Assembly: GCA_964393535.1 (NCBI GenBank)
Contig: CAYMUC010000002.1
Coordinates: forward strand, 1 to 62,976
Reading direction: 5' to 3'
From: an uncultured Ilumatobacteraceae bacterium
GTDB lineage: Bacteria > Actinomycetota > Acidimicrobiia > Acidimicrobiales > Ilumatobacteraceae
DNA length: 62,976 bases
The notes below the pieces were generated by a model. That model ran no database searches, was not told the DNA's origin, and saw nothing but the letters and a program-made list of their open reading frames with translations. The translations under genes were made by a program, and so were the position numbers. Below are positions 18,204 through 26,559 of the stretch, one piece after another. Every line of letters starts with the position of its first letter. Position 1 is the first letter of the stretch.

Positions 18204-19117
18204 TCGCCGTGATTCCCGTTCGTGAGGGTGTGCTGCCATCGGGGGCGTGGGACTGCGTGGCCGAGTGTTCGGGTCGGGTACTCGTGATCGGTTCGGGCAC
18301 CGAGACCGCCGCCGCCACCCTGCACGGACACATCGCACAAGGGTGGCGTTACGAGGCCGGTACCTGGGCACCCGGCGCTTGGGCATCGTCGCTGGCCGAC
18401 TGGCTGCGAGGCGAGCCGGTGGTGGTGCTGCCGGCGTCACCTGACGGCCGTGACCTGGCACCCCGACTGGCGCATGTGACCGGACGCCCACTGTACGCAG
18501 GTGCCGTGGAGTTACGAGCCGACCGGGTGACGGTGAGTCGGTGGGGCGGCCAGGTGCTCGAGGACATCACTCCCACGGGGTCGTACGTGGCCACTGTTCA
18601 GCCTGGTGTGCGAGGCGATGCTCCGGGCTCGGGCACTCTCGAGGGCGTGTGGACCACCCTGGAACCCACCGTCGGAACCCCCCAGGGGCCGGACGCCACG
18701 GTGATCGAGGTGCTCCCCCCCGATGCCACCACCATGGATCTGGCCGAGGCACCCCACATCTGGGCCGGTGGCGCCGGACTGGACAGTGTCGAACGCTTCG
18801 ATCAACTCGCAGCGCTGGGGGCTCGGCTGGGTGCCTCGGTGGGTGCCACCCGCGTGATCACCGACCGGGGATGGATCGGCCACGAGCGCCAGATCGGCAC
18901 CACCGGCGTGGTGGTGCGGCCGCGCTGGTACGTGGCACTGGGCATCAGCGGTGCGGTGCAGCACACCAGCGGCCTGGGGCACCCCGACCACATCATCAGC
19001 GTGAACACCGACCCTCACTGCCCCATGATGCAGTTGGCCGACGTGGCGATCGTGGCCGACGCCAACGCCGTGCTGGACGCCCTGATGACCCTCACCGAGG
19101 CGGCGACCCATGAGTGA
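18200..19117 (+). CDS. Electron transfer flavoprotein alpha-subunit-like protein
   Basis: Trimmed to ATG 18200, an ATGA overlap with the dedA stop. C-terminal ETF-alpha FAD-binding block: VGATRVITDRGW...QIGTTGVVVRPRWYVALGISGAVQHTSG. The N-terminal domain is divergent. Confidence 0.8.
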   Translation: MIAVIPVREGVLPSGAWDCVAECSGRVLVIGSGTETAAATLHGHIAQGWRYEAGTWAPGAWASSLADWLRGEPVVVLPASPDGRDLAPRLAHVTGRPLYAGAVELRADRVTVSRWGGQVLEDITPTGSYVATVQPGVRGDAPGSGTLEGVWTTLEPTVGTPQGPDATVIEVLPPDATTMDLAEAPHIWAGGAGLDSVERFDQLAALGARLGASVGATRVITDRGWIGHERQIGTTGVVVRPRWYVALGISGAVQHTSGLGHPDHIISVNTDPHCPMMQLADVAIVADANAVLDALMTLTEAATHE

Positions 19118-20423
19118 CGCCACGACCACCTTCGACGCCATCGTGGTGGGAGCAGGCCCGGCCGGTTCGTGCGCAGCCATCGAACTGGCCCGTGCCGGCA
19201 AGCGGGTGGTGCTGGTGGAGCGGGGCCCCTTCCCCGGTTCGAAGAACATGTACGGCGGGGTGGTGTACCCGCGCATCCTCGACGATCTCGTTCCCCGGTG
19301 GTGGGAGGAAGCACCTGTTCAACGGTGGGTGACCCGACGCAGCACCATGATTCTCACCGACACCCAGGCCCTCACCGTCGACTTCCGCAGCCAGGCCTGG
19401 GGCCAACCGCCGTACAACGGGGCCACCGCCTACCGACCCGACTTCGATCACTGGTTGGCTGGCGTCGCCGAGCGTTCCGGCGCCCTCTTGGTGTGCTCCA
19501 CCACGGTCACCGGTCTGCTGCGCAACGACACCGGGCGCGTGATCGGGGTACGCACCGACCGTCCCGATGGGGACCTGCTGGCACCGGTGGTCATCGCCTG
19601 CGACGGGGTGAACAGTTTCCTCGCCAAGGAGGCGGGCCTGTACGGCGAGGTGGACGCCTCGCACTACACCTTGGGGGTGAAAGAGACCTTGGCACTCCCC
19701 CGCGAGGTGATCGACGAGCGCTTCGGCGTGAGGGGGCGCGACGGGGTGGACATCGAGATCCTGGGTGGGACCTCGGGCATCAACGGTGGGGGCTTCGTCT
19801 ACACGAACCTCGACACGCTGTCGGTGGGCGCCGTGTTGAAACTGCCCGCCCTGGCCGCTCAGCAGCGTCGTCCTGAAGAGGTGATCGCTCGTCTCAAGGC
19901 ACATCCGGCCATTGCACCATTGGTGGAAGGCGCCGAACTGAAGGAGTACTCGGCCCATGTGATCCCCGAGGCCGGATGGTCCATGTTGCCCACGTTGGCC
20001 GGTGACGGACTGCTGGTGGCCGGCGATGCCGCAGCACTGTGTCTGGCAGCGGGAATCTGGCTGGAGGGCGTCAATTTCGCCATGGCCTCGGGCCGTGCCG
20101 CCGGCCGCGTGGCATCGAAGGCCCTGGACCGGGGCGACCTCACCGAACGGGGTCTGGCCGGCTATCGAAAGGTGTTGGAGAGCACCTTCGTGCTGGCCGA
20201 TCACAAGAAGTTGCGGCGGGTACCCGAACTGGTGCTGTCGGACCGTGTGCAGCATCAGTACCCCGACCTCATCGCCAACCTGGTGCAACGGGTGTTCCAG
20301 GTGGACAACCCCAAGCCGAAGCCGGGACTGGGGCGCATTCTGCGCGAGGAGCGCAAGCGCGCCGGCGTACGGTGGCGCGATCTGGCGCGCGATGCCTGGA
20401 CCGGGATGCGCAGCTTCGGCTGA
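19110..20423 (+). CDS. fixC: FixC-like FAD-dependent ETF:quinone oxidoreductase
   Basis: 437 aa. FAD motif (FDAIVVGAGPAGSCAAIELARAGKRVVLVERG) and FixC-like length. Overlaps the ETF-alpha-like end by 8 nt. Confidence 0.85.
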   Translation: MSDATTTFDAIVVGAGPAGSCAAIELARAGKRVVLVERGPFPGSKNMYGGVVYPRILDDLVPRWWEEAPVQRWVTRRSTMILTDTQALTVDFRSQAWGQPPYNGATAYRPDFDHWLAGVAERSGALLVCSTTVTGLLRNDTGRVIGVRTDRPDGDLLAPVVIACDGVNSFLAKEAGLYGEVDASHYTLGVKETLALPREVIDERFGVRGRDGVDIEILGGTSGINGGGFVYTNLDTLSVGAVLKLPALAAQQRRPEEVIARLKAHPAIAPLVEGAELKEYSAHVIPEAGWSMLPTLAGDGLLVAGDAAALCLAAGIWLEGVNFAMASGRAAGRVASKALDRGDLTERGLAGYRKVLESTFVLADHKKLRRVPELVLSDRVQHQYPDLIANLVQRVFQVDNPKPKPGLGRILREERKRAGVRWRDLARDAWTGMRSFG

Positions 20424-20435
20424 GATGGAGGCACC

Positions 20436-20747
20436 ATGACGGTGATCGAACGTGACCCCACCTGGCCCGAGCAGTCCTTCGAGGACCGTATCGGCACCGC
20501 TGAGTTCCGAGTGCATGAACGGGCGCACATCGTGGTGGACGGAGACGTGTGTCGCGGGTGCACCACCAGGGCGTGCGTCGTGGCCTGCCCGGCCCGCCTG
20601 TTCGTGCCCACCAGCGACGGTGGCATCCTGTTCAACTACGAACAGTGCTTCGAATGCGGCACCTGTTATCTCGTGTGCAACGAAGAAGGTGCCATTTCCT
20701 GGACCTACCCCGAGGGCGGGCACGGCATCGTGTTCCGCCGCACCTGA
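20436..20747 (+). CDS. fixX: FixX-like ferredoxin
   Basis: 103 aa. Cys motifs CRGCTTRACVVACP and CFECGTCYLVC. C-terminal ISWTYPEGGHGIVFR is typical of FixX. Confidence 0.85.
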   Translation: MTVIERDPTWPEQSFEDRIGTAEFRVHERAHIVVDGDVCRGCTTRACVVACPARLFVPTSDGGILFNYEQCFECGTCYLVCNEEGAISWTYPEGGHGIVFRRT

Positions 20748-20762
20748 GACGGCGAGGTCGCC

Positions 20763-21608
20763 ATGGCGACACCGGTCGTGGCCGTGTGCTGGAAGTGGGT
20801 GGATCGGCGCCCCGACATCGACCCACTCACCGGTTCCGTTCAGCATGGTGATGCCCGGTTCGGCGGCGTGAGCGAGGCCGATGCCGCCGCATTGGAAGTG
20901 GCCCTACGTGTGGCCGACACCTGGAACGCCCGGGTGCGCGTGGTCAGCGCCGGTGGGGCCGATGCCGACCGCGCCTTACGGCAGGCATTGGCATCTGGCG
21001 CTCATGAGGTGCACCGCATCGACATGAACCCTCAGGCCGCCAGTGCCGCCGTGGCAGCCGCGCTCGCCGATGCCGTCGCCGATGCCGTCGTGGTGTGGTG
21101 TGGTGATTACTCACCCGACCGTGGATCGGGTTCGGTCCCGGCGTTTCTCGCTGCTCGCCTCGGTGCCGCAAGCGCCCTGGGTGCCGTGCAGGTGACCGCC
21201 GAGGACGCCGTGGGAACCCTGCGGGTGGTGCGACGCCTCGACGGTGGCCGACGCGAGGTGTCGGCGGTGACGGCACCCGCCGTCGTGTCGGTGGAGGGCT
21301 CTGTGGCGACGCTTCGGCGAGGTCCTCTGGCGGCCACGCTGCAGGCCGAGCGCGCCGACATCTGCGTCACCGCCGGGCCGGCCGTGCCCGAGACCCTTCA
21401 CCGGCCGATGCGACCCTTCCGGCCTCGGCCTCGGACCCTGCCACCGCCCAGCGGCGACAGTGCCTTGGAACGGGTGCGCATCCTGACCGGATCCACCGGT
21501 GCCACATCGTCCAACCGCACCGAGGTCGTCGAACTGGAACCCGTCGAGGCTGCGCAGCGCATCCTGCGGGCCGTTGCTTCGTGGGGTTCGGGTGGCGACA
21601 CCGCCTGA
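20763..21608 (+). CDS. Electron transfer flavoprotein beta-subunit-like protein
   Basis: 281 aa. ETF-beta/FixA-like N-terminus (VVAVCWKWVDRRPDIDPLTGSV...SEADAAALEVALRV). Confidence 0.75.
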   Translation: MATPVVAVCWKWVDRRPDIDPLTGSVQHGDARFGGVSEADAAALEVALRVADTWNARVRVVSAGGADADRALRQALASGAHEVHRIDMNPQAASAAVAAALADAVADAVVVWCGDYSPDRGSGSVPAFLAARLGAASALGAVQVTAEDAVGTLRVVRRLDGGRREVSAVTAPAVVSVEGSVATLRRGPLAATLQAERADICVTAGPAVPETLHRPMRPFRPRPRTLPPPSGDSALERVRILTGSTGATSSNRTEVVELEPVEAAQRILRAVASWGSGGDTA

Positions 21609-22287
21609 ACTCGGTTCCTGCACCTGGACCGAGATCGATCGACGACCGCCCACACTGCTGGTGCTGCCCTTGGGGGCCTGTGAGCAGCACGGGCCGCACC
21701 TCCCATTGGACACCGACACCTGCGTGGCGGTGGCCCTCGCCCAGCGACTGGTCGAGACCCGAAGCGACGCCGTGATGGGGCCGGCGGTGGGTATCGGTGC
21801 CAGCGGCGAGCACGACGGCTTTGCCGGGACGCTGTCGCTGGGGACCGAGGTGCTCACGATGATGCTGGTGGAACTGGTGCGCTCGGCCACATGGGCCACC
21901 GGGGTGGTGGTGGTGAACGGCCATGGCGGCAATACCGATGCGGTGACGGCGGCCCGGGCCATCTGGAAAGCCGAGCAGCGGCGCGTGCTGGCGTGGACAC
22001 CGTCGCTTCCCGCAGGCGGGGACGCCCATGCCGGCCGTGTGGAGACGTCGGTGATGCTGGCTCTGCGCCCACATCTGGTGGGCGACGAACGACCGGTGGG
22101 CAGCACCGAACCCTTGGCGTCCCTGCTCCCCTCGCTCCGCCAACACGGTGTGAAAGCCGTGAGCCACACCGGTGTGCTCGGCGACGCCAGGGGTGCGTCG
22201 GCCACCGAGGGCCGAGCCGTGTTGGACCAGTGGGTGGACGACCTGGTGACGACCGTCGCTCGATGGCACCCTCCGGTGCCATCGTGA
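21592..22287 (+). CDS. mftE: Mycofactocin peptidase MftE (creatininase family)
   Basis: Trimmed to GTG 21592, 17 nt inside the ETF-beta-like gene. Creatininase block LLVLPLGACEQHGPHLPLDTD and later NGHGGN. Confidence 0.85.
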   Translation: MATPPELGSCTWTEIDRRPPTLLVLPLGACEQHGPHLPLDTDTCVAVALAQRLVETRSDAVMGPAVGIGASGEHDGFAGTLSLGTEVLTMMLVELVRSATWATGVVVVNGHGGNTDAVTAARAIWKAEQRRVLAWTPSLPAGGDAHAGRVETSVMLALRPHLVGDERPVGSTEPLASLLPSLRQHGVKAVSHTGVLGDARGASATEGRAVLDQWVDDLVTTVARWHPPVPS

Positions 22288-23702
22288 CCGGGCCCTGGAC
22301 CACCGACGCCACGTGGTGCCGACCGGGCGACGGGGCGTGGGTCGCCGGTGGCACGCCCCGACGGCTGTGGCGGCTGGGACCTGGCGGTCGGCGAGTCGCC
22401 GACGCCGTCGAACGGTGTGAGGTGCCGCCCGATGGCCACGAGGCCCTCACCCGTCGCCTGGTAGCGGCTGGCGCCCTGCATCCCACACCACGGGCCCCAC
22501 AGGCTTGCGGCGCGGCGACCGTGGCGGTGGTGATTCCCACTCGGAATCCCGACCAGCAGGCTCTGGCGACTCTGGTAGGCGCGGTGCGTACAGAGTTGGG
22601 TGACACCGCCGACATCGTGGTGGTGGACGATGCCTCGAACACTGCAGTGACCGAGCCGTCGGGTGCACGAGTGATCCGGACCGAGATCAACCTCGGTCCC
22701 GGTGCTGCCCGCAACCTGGGGGTGCAGCACACCGACGCCGACATCGTGGTGTTCCTCGACGACGACGTGATGCCCGAGCCCGGCTGGTGGGGTGCACTGG
22801 TCGGTCACCTCGGCGATGCGGCGGTGGTGGCGGTGGCACCCCGTGTGACCGGACCTGCACCCGAGCGCCACACGCCGTGGTGGGCGCGCAGCGAACAGAT
22901 CCGCTCACCTCTGGACCTCGGATGGGCACCGGCTCCGGTGTTCCCCGGCGGACGCGTTCCCTACGTGCCCGCTGCAGCATTCGCAGTACGGCGTGAGGCG
23001 TTCCTGGCCGCCGGCGGCTTCGACCCGGACTTGCGGTACGGCGAGGACGTGGACCTGGTGTGGCGCCTCGCCTCCGACGAGGTGCAGGTCCGCTACGAAC
23101 CGGCGAGCGTGGTGCGTCACCGAACCCGGGACTCCGTGGGCGCATGGCTGCAGCAGCGATTCCACTACGGCACCTCGGCGGCGTCGCTGGCCTTGCGGCA
23201 TCCCGGCACGGTCGTGGCGTTGCGGCTCTCGCGTCGCCAGGCAGTCTTCACGGCGCTGGCCCTGCTGTGTCGTCCTGCGAGCCTGGGGGCTGCGGCAGGC
23301 GTCGCCGGGTGGTCGATGCGTGATCTCGCCCGGATGCTGCGGGAGCGCGACCTCCCCGACGCCACCCGATGGGCCCTGGTCTGGGCGACCGATGCCCACG
23401 TCTCGAGCGTGCGGCTTGCGGCCTCTGCGGTGTGGCGAACGTGGTGGCCGGTAGCGCTCGTACTGGGTGCGGCCAGTCGCGCCACTCGCCGACCGCTTGC
23501 CGCCATGCTCGTCATCACCGTCGCCAGCGACCTGCGCTGGTGGCGACGGACGCCCGTGATGAACCCGGTGCAGTTCCTTGCGGCCAGGCGCCTCGACGAC
23601 GTCGCCTACGGTGCCGGTGTGTGGTGGGGATGCCTCCGTCAGCGCTCGTGGGAACCTCTCCGGCTCCACTGGACCGCGCCCGATAGGGTCACACAGCCAT
23701 GA
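22284..23702 (+). CDS. mftF: Mycofactocin glycosyltransferase MftF (GT2)
   Basis: Trimmed to GTG 22284, a GTGA overlap with the mftE stop (alternative ATG 22263). About 472 aa. GT2 core: VAVVIPTRNP...VVVDDAS...GPGAARNLG...VFLDDDV. C-terminal membrane-like region. Confidence 0.85.
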   Translation: MTGPWTTDATWCRPGDGAWVAGGTPRRLWRLGPGGRRVADAVERCEVPPDGHEALTRRLVAAGALHPTPRAPQACGAATVAVVIPTRNPDQQALATLVGAVRTELGDTADIVVVDDASNTAVTEPSGARVIRTEINLGPGAARNLGVQHTDADIVVFLDDDVMPEPGWWGALVGHLGDAAVVAVAPRVTGPAPERHTPWWARSEQIRSPLDLGWAPAPVFPGGRVPYVPAAAFAVRREAFLAAGGFDPDLRYGEDVDLVWRLASDEVQVRYEPASVVRHRTRDSVGAWLQQRFHYGTSAASLALRHPGTVVALRLSRRQAVFTALALLCRPASLGAAAGVAGWSMRDLARMLRERDLPDATRWALVWATDAHVSSVRLAASAVWRTWWPVALVLGAASRATRRPLAAMLVITVASDLRWWRRTPVMNPVQFLAARRLDDVAYGAGVWWGCLRQRSWEPLRLHWTAPDRVTQP

Positions 23703-24730
23703 GCCTGGTCCTGACGGTCCAACGCACCGCCTGGTACCAGCACGTCCTCACCACACTGGCCAGTTTCGGTGGACCCGAGGCGGTGATTCCCGTGGTGAAG
23801 GGCAACGGCTACGGCTTCGGGCGCAGTGCCCTCATGCGACGAGCACGCGAGACCGGTGGCGACACGGTAGGTGGTCGGTTCGGTCCTGCCGTGGGCACGG
23901 TGCACGAAGCTGCGGGTTTCGCCGGTGCCGTCTCACCGCTCATGGTCCTCACCCCCGAGATCGGTCCCCTTCCCCCGCACCTCCCGGCCGACACCGTGCT
24001 CACCGTCGGGAGCGCAGCACACGTGGCAAACCTCGCCCGACAGGGCTGGGAGGGCCCCGTCGTGGTGAAACTCCGGTCGTCGATGCGCCGTTACGGTGTC
24101 GATCCCCAGGGACTCCACGCCCTCATGTCGGCGGTGGCTCGCGCCCGGTGCGAGGTCATCGGTTTCTCGGTTCACCTGCCACTCGCCGGCGACGAAGCAG
24201 ACCGGGTGGCCGAGATCGAGGCGTGGCTTGCGCACCTCGACCCGCACCTCCCCCTGGCGGTCAGCCATGTGAGTCCGACCACCTTTGGGAACCTGCGTGA
24301 ACGGTATGCGACACACCAGTGGATGGTGCGCCTCGGCACGGGGTTGTGGCACGGCGACAAGTCGATGCTGTACCTGGGTGCCACCGTCGCCGACCGCCAC
24401 CGTGTGGCAGCTGGTGACCGGGTGGGCTACCACGGCTCCACCTGCGCGGCGAGCGGGGAGCTGGTCGTGGTGGCGGCCGGGTCGGCACATGGCGTCATGC
24501 CACGCAGCGACGGGGCCAGCCCGCTGCACTACGGCAGGCGACGCATGTCCCTGGTGGAGCCACCCCACATGCACACCACGTTGGCGCTGGTTCGCCACGG
24601 CGATCCGTGCCCCGAGATCGGCGAACAGGTCGACGTGCAGTGCCCCCTCACGAGAGTGGACGTCGACGAGGTCATCTGGCTCGGCGAGCCCGACGAAGAC
24701 CGCGCCAACCCACTGCACCCGCTCCGATGA
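23699..24730 (+). CDS. Alanine-racemase-fold (fold-type III PLP) protein
   Basis: 343 aa. VIPVVKGNGYGFG resembles the racemase PLP-Lys block VVKANAYGHG. Later blocks: KLRSSMRRYG, FSVHLP. ATGA overlap with the mftF stop. Confidence 0.65.
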   Translation: MSLVLTVQRTAWYQHVLTTLASFGGPEAVIPVVKGNGYGFGRSALMRRARETGGDTVGGRFGPAVGTVHEAAGFAGAVSPLMVLTPEIGPLPPHLPADTVLTVGSAAHVANLARQGWEGPVVVKLRSSMRRYGVDPQGLHALMSAVARARCEVIGFSVHLPLAGDEADRVAEIEAWLAHLDPHLPLAVSHVSPTTFGNLRERYATHQWMVRLGTGLWHGDKSMLYLGATVADRHRVAAGDRVGYHGSTCAASGELVVVAAGSAHGVMPRSDGASPLHYGRRRMSLVEPPHMHTTLALVRHGDPCPEIGEQVDVQCPLTRVDVDEVIWLGEPDEDRANPLHPLR

Positions 24731-25583
24731 GCGGTCCCTGATCGCCCAGTCGTACCGGGGTGATGCGGGCCGATCGGCTGAAGGCCAACTGACAGTGTTC
24801 GTGCAGGACGGCTTCGGCGGCGAGGAACATGGGGGCCCCAAAACCCAACGCCACCGACCCACCTACCACCACCAGGTCCAGGTCCAGCAGGTTGCACACC
24901 GACGCTGCGGCCAACCCCACCAGTCGCCCGGTGCGCTGCATGATCTCGTAGGTGGGTTCGCTGGGTGGTCGCCCGGTGATGGCTTCGATGGCCGGCCCCG
25001 AGGCCTCGGCTTCCAGACACCCCCGACCGCCGCAGGTGCAGCGGCGCCCATTGGGTTCCACCACGATGTGGCCCACGTGACCGGCGTTCCCCGAGTCGCC
25101 GTCGAGCAACTGCCCGTCGAGCACGATGCCCCCACCCACACCCGTCGACACCACCATGGCCATGAAGTTCTGACGACCCCGAGCGGCACCCAGCCATCCC
25201 TCGGCGAGGGCCAACGCCTTCACGTCGCCCATGCCGAACACCGGCAGACCGCTGACCTCGGCCAACCGTGAACGCAACGGGAACGCCTCCCAGGCCGGGA
25301 TGTTCAACGGCGAGACGGTTTCCACATCGGGGGTGATGGGCCCTGCCGACCCCACCCCCACCACGGCGGGACTGAGGCGGTGATGGGTGACCGCCCGTCG
25401 TTGCAGCCCCACCACAGCCTCGGCAACCTGGCCGAACAGGGTGTCGGCGCTCCACTGATGATCGATCTTCACCTGATGCCGGTCGATGAGGCGACCCTCG
25501 ACGGTCACCAACCCCACGGCGATCTTGGTCCCCCCCACATCGACAGCGAGGGCCACGTCACCCCCGTGGTGCGACGACACCAT
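24672..25583 (-). CDS. ROK-family sugar kinase
   Basis: 303 aa. ATP-binding N-terminus (LAVDVGGTKIAVGLV) and ROK Zn motif (GHVGHIVVEPNGRRCTCGGRGCLEAEASG). Confidence 0.85.
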   Translation of the reverse strand: MVSSHHGGDVALAVDVGGTKIAVGLVTVEGRLIDRHQVKIDHQWSADTLFGQVAEAVVGLQRRAVTHHRLSPAVVGVGSAGPITPDVETVSPLNIPAWEAFPLRSRLAEVSGLPVFGMGDVKALALAEGWLGAARGRQNFMAMVVSTGVGGGIVLDGQLLDGDSGNAGHVGHIVVEPNGRRCTCGGRGCLEAEASGPAIEAITGRPPSEPTYEIMQRTGRLVGLAAASVCNLLDLDLVVVGGSVALGFGAPMFLAAEAVLHEHCQLAFSRSARITPVRLGDQGPLIGAGAVGWRGLRRARRAR

Positions 25584-25587
25584 CGGG

Positions 25588-26559
25588 TCAGTCGCCCACT
25601 CGGCGGGCGTCCTCGATCAGGTTGATCTGGTAGAGAACCTCGTCGAGTGCGTCGGCGGCCGAGATGGCCCCGAAACGCTGTGGATGCTCAGGCGTGATGC
25701 ACGACGGAACCGGCTGCAGAATGGTCCACGGCCGGGGGTGACAGAACTGCACCACGCTGAAACGCTCCTGCGTCGCACCCTCGGGGGCCACCACACGGTG
25801 CCATCCGATGGGGATGATGCCGTTGGTGAGGCGCTCCAACATGATGCCGGTGTTGATGATGGAGTGGCCCTCCGGCGGTGCGGCGTCCACCCACGTGTCG
25901 CCCACTTTCACCTGCAACCCAGCGGCGGTCGCCCGCGGGAGGGCGGTGATGAGGTTGATGTCGCCGTGTTCCGCAGCCCACACATGGCCACCGGCGGGTG
26001 CCTCGGGCATGGGTGGGTAGCGGATCGCCCGGTTCAGGGTGGGGCCGTCACCCACCATCTCGTCGAAGAAGCGCTCGTGGCAGCCGATACCCACGGCGAT
26101 GATGCGAAGGAAGCGCAGTTGCAGATCGGCCAGTGCCTCGTCGAAGGCCAGCAACACGTCGGTGATGCCGCGGACCGCCCCCTCGGGCATCATCTGCTCG
26201 GGATAGGCCGTCGGGTACTTGCGGCGCAACGGGTGACCGGCGGGAATGGGCCGCGACCAGTTGAGCATCTCTTTCCAGTCGGGCTTGTCGTAGGACGCCG
26301 CGGTCTCCACCAACACCCCGGTGTACCCGGTCTGGCCGTGGGCACCAGGTGCCACGAACCGTTCCTTCACCTCGGTCGGGAGGTGGAAGAACTCGGCGAG
26401 CATGCCGTAGGCCGTGTCCAACAGGTCGTCGCTGAGGTCGTGGCTGGTGTAGACGAAGCCGGTGGCCAGGCTGCGCATGACGCCGTCGACCACGGCTCGG
26501 CGTTGCGCCTCGCTGCCGCGTTCGAACGCCAGCAGGTCGACGTCGAGGATGTCACTCAC
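25588..26559 (-). CDS. 2-oxoglutarate/Fe(II)-dependent oxygenase (isopenicillin-N-synthase family)
   Basis: 323 aa. DIOX_N-like N-terminus (FERGSEAQRRAVVDGVMRSLATGFVY..HDL) and a His/Asp...His context (AAEHGDINLITAL..., WHRV). GTGA overlap with the upstream PLP gene. Confidence 0.8.
   Translation of the reverse strand: MSDILDVDLLAFERGSEAQRRAVVDGVMRSLATGFVYTSHDLSDDLLDTAYGMLAEFFHLPTEVKERFVAPGAHGQTGYTGVLVETAASYDKPDWKEMLNWSRPIPAGHPLRRKYPTAYPEQMMPEGAVRGITDVLLAFDEALADLQLRFLRIIAVGIGCHERFFDEMVGDGPTLNRAIRYPPMPEAPAGGHVWAAEHGDINLITALPRATAAGLQVKVGDTWVDAAPPEGHSIINTGIMLERLTNGIIPIGWHRVVAPEGATQERFSVVQFCHPRPWTILQPVPSCITPEHPQRFGAISAADALDEVLYQINLIEDARRVGD

Noticed and set aside
9630-22871. Long antisense ORFs across the mycofactocin region (9630..10898, 15931..17397, 19092..20846, 21111..22871, 14592..15647).
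   Set aside because: Each lies opposite a gene with clear family motifs and has a low-complexity, Arg/Gly/His-rich translation. This is the typical result of a lack of stop codons in high-GC DNA.
7097-24730. Looked for mftD, mftR and mftG inside or next to the mycofactocin locus.
   Set aside because: No ORF shows the FMN-dependent alpha-hydroxy-acid-oxidase pattern, a TetR HTH or a GMC oxidoreductase pattern. The two large flavoproteins are FadH/OYE-type, not MftD. I report this as an absence from the window only.
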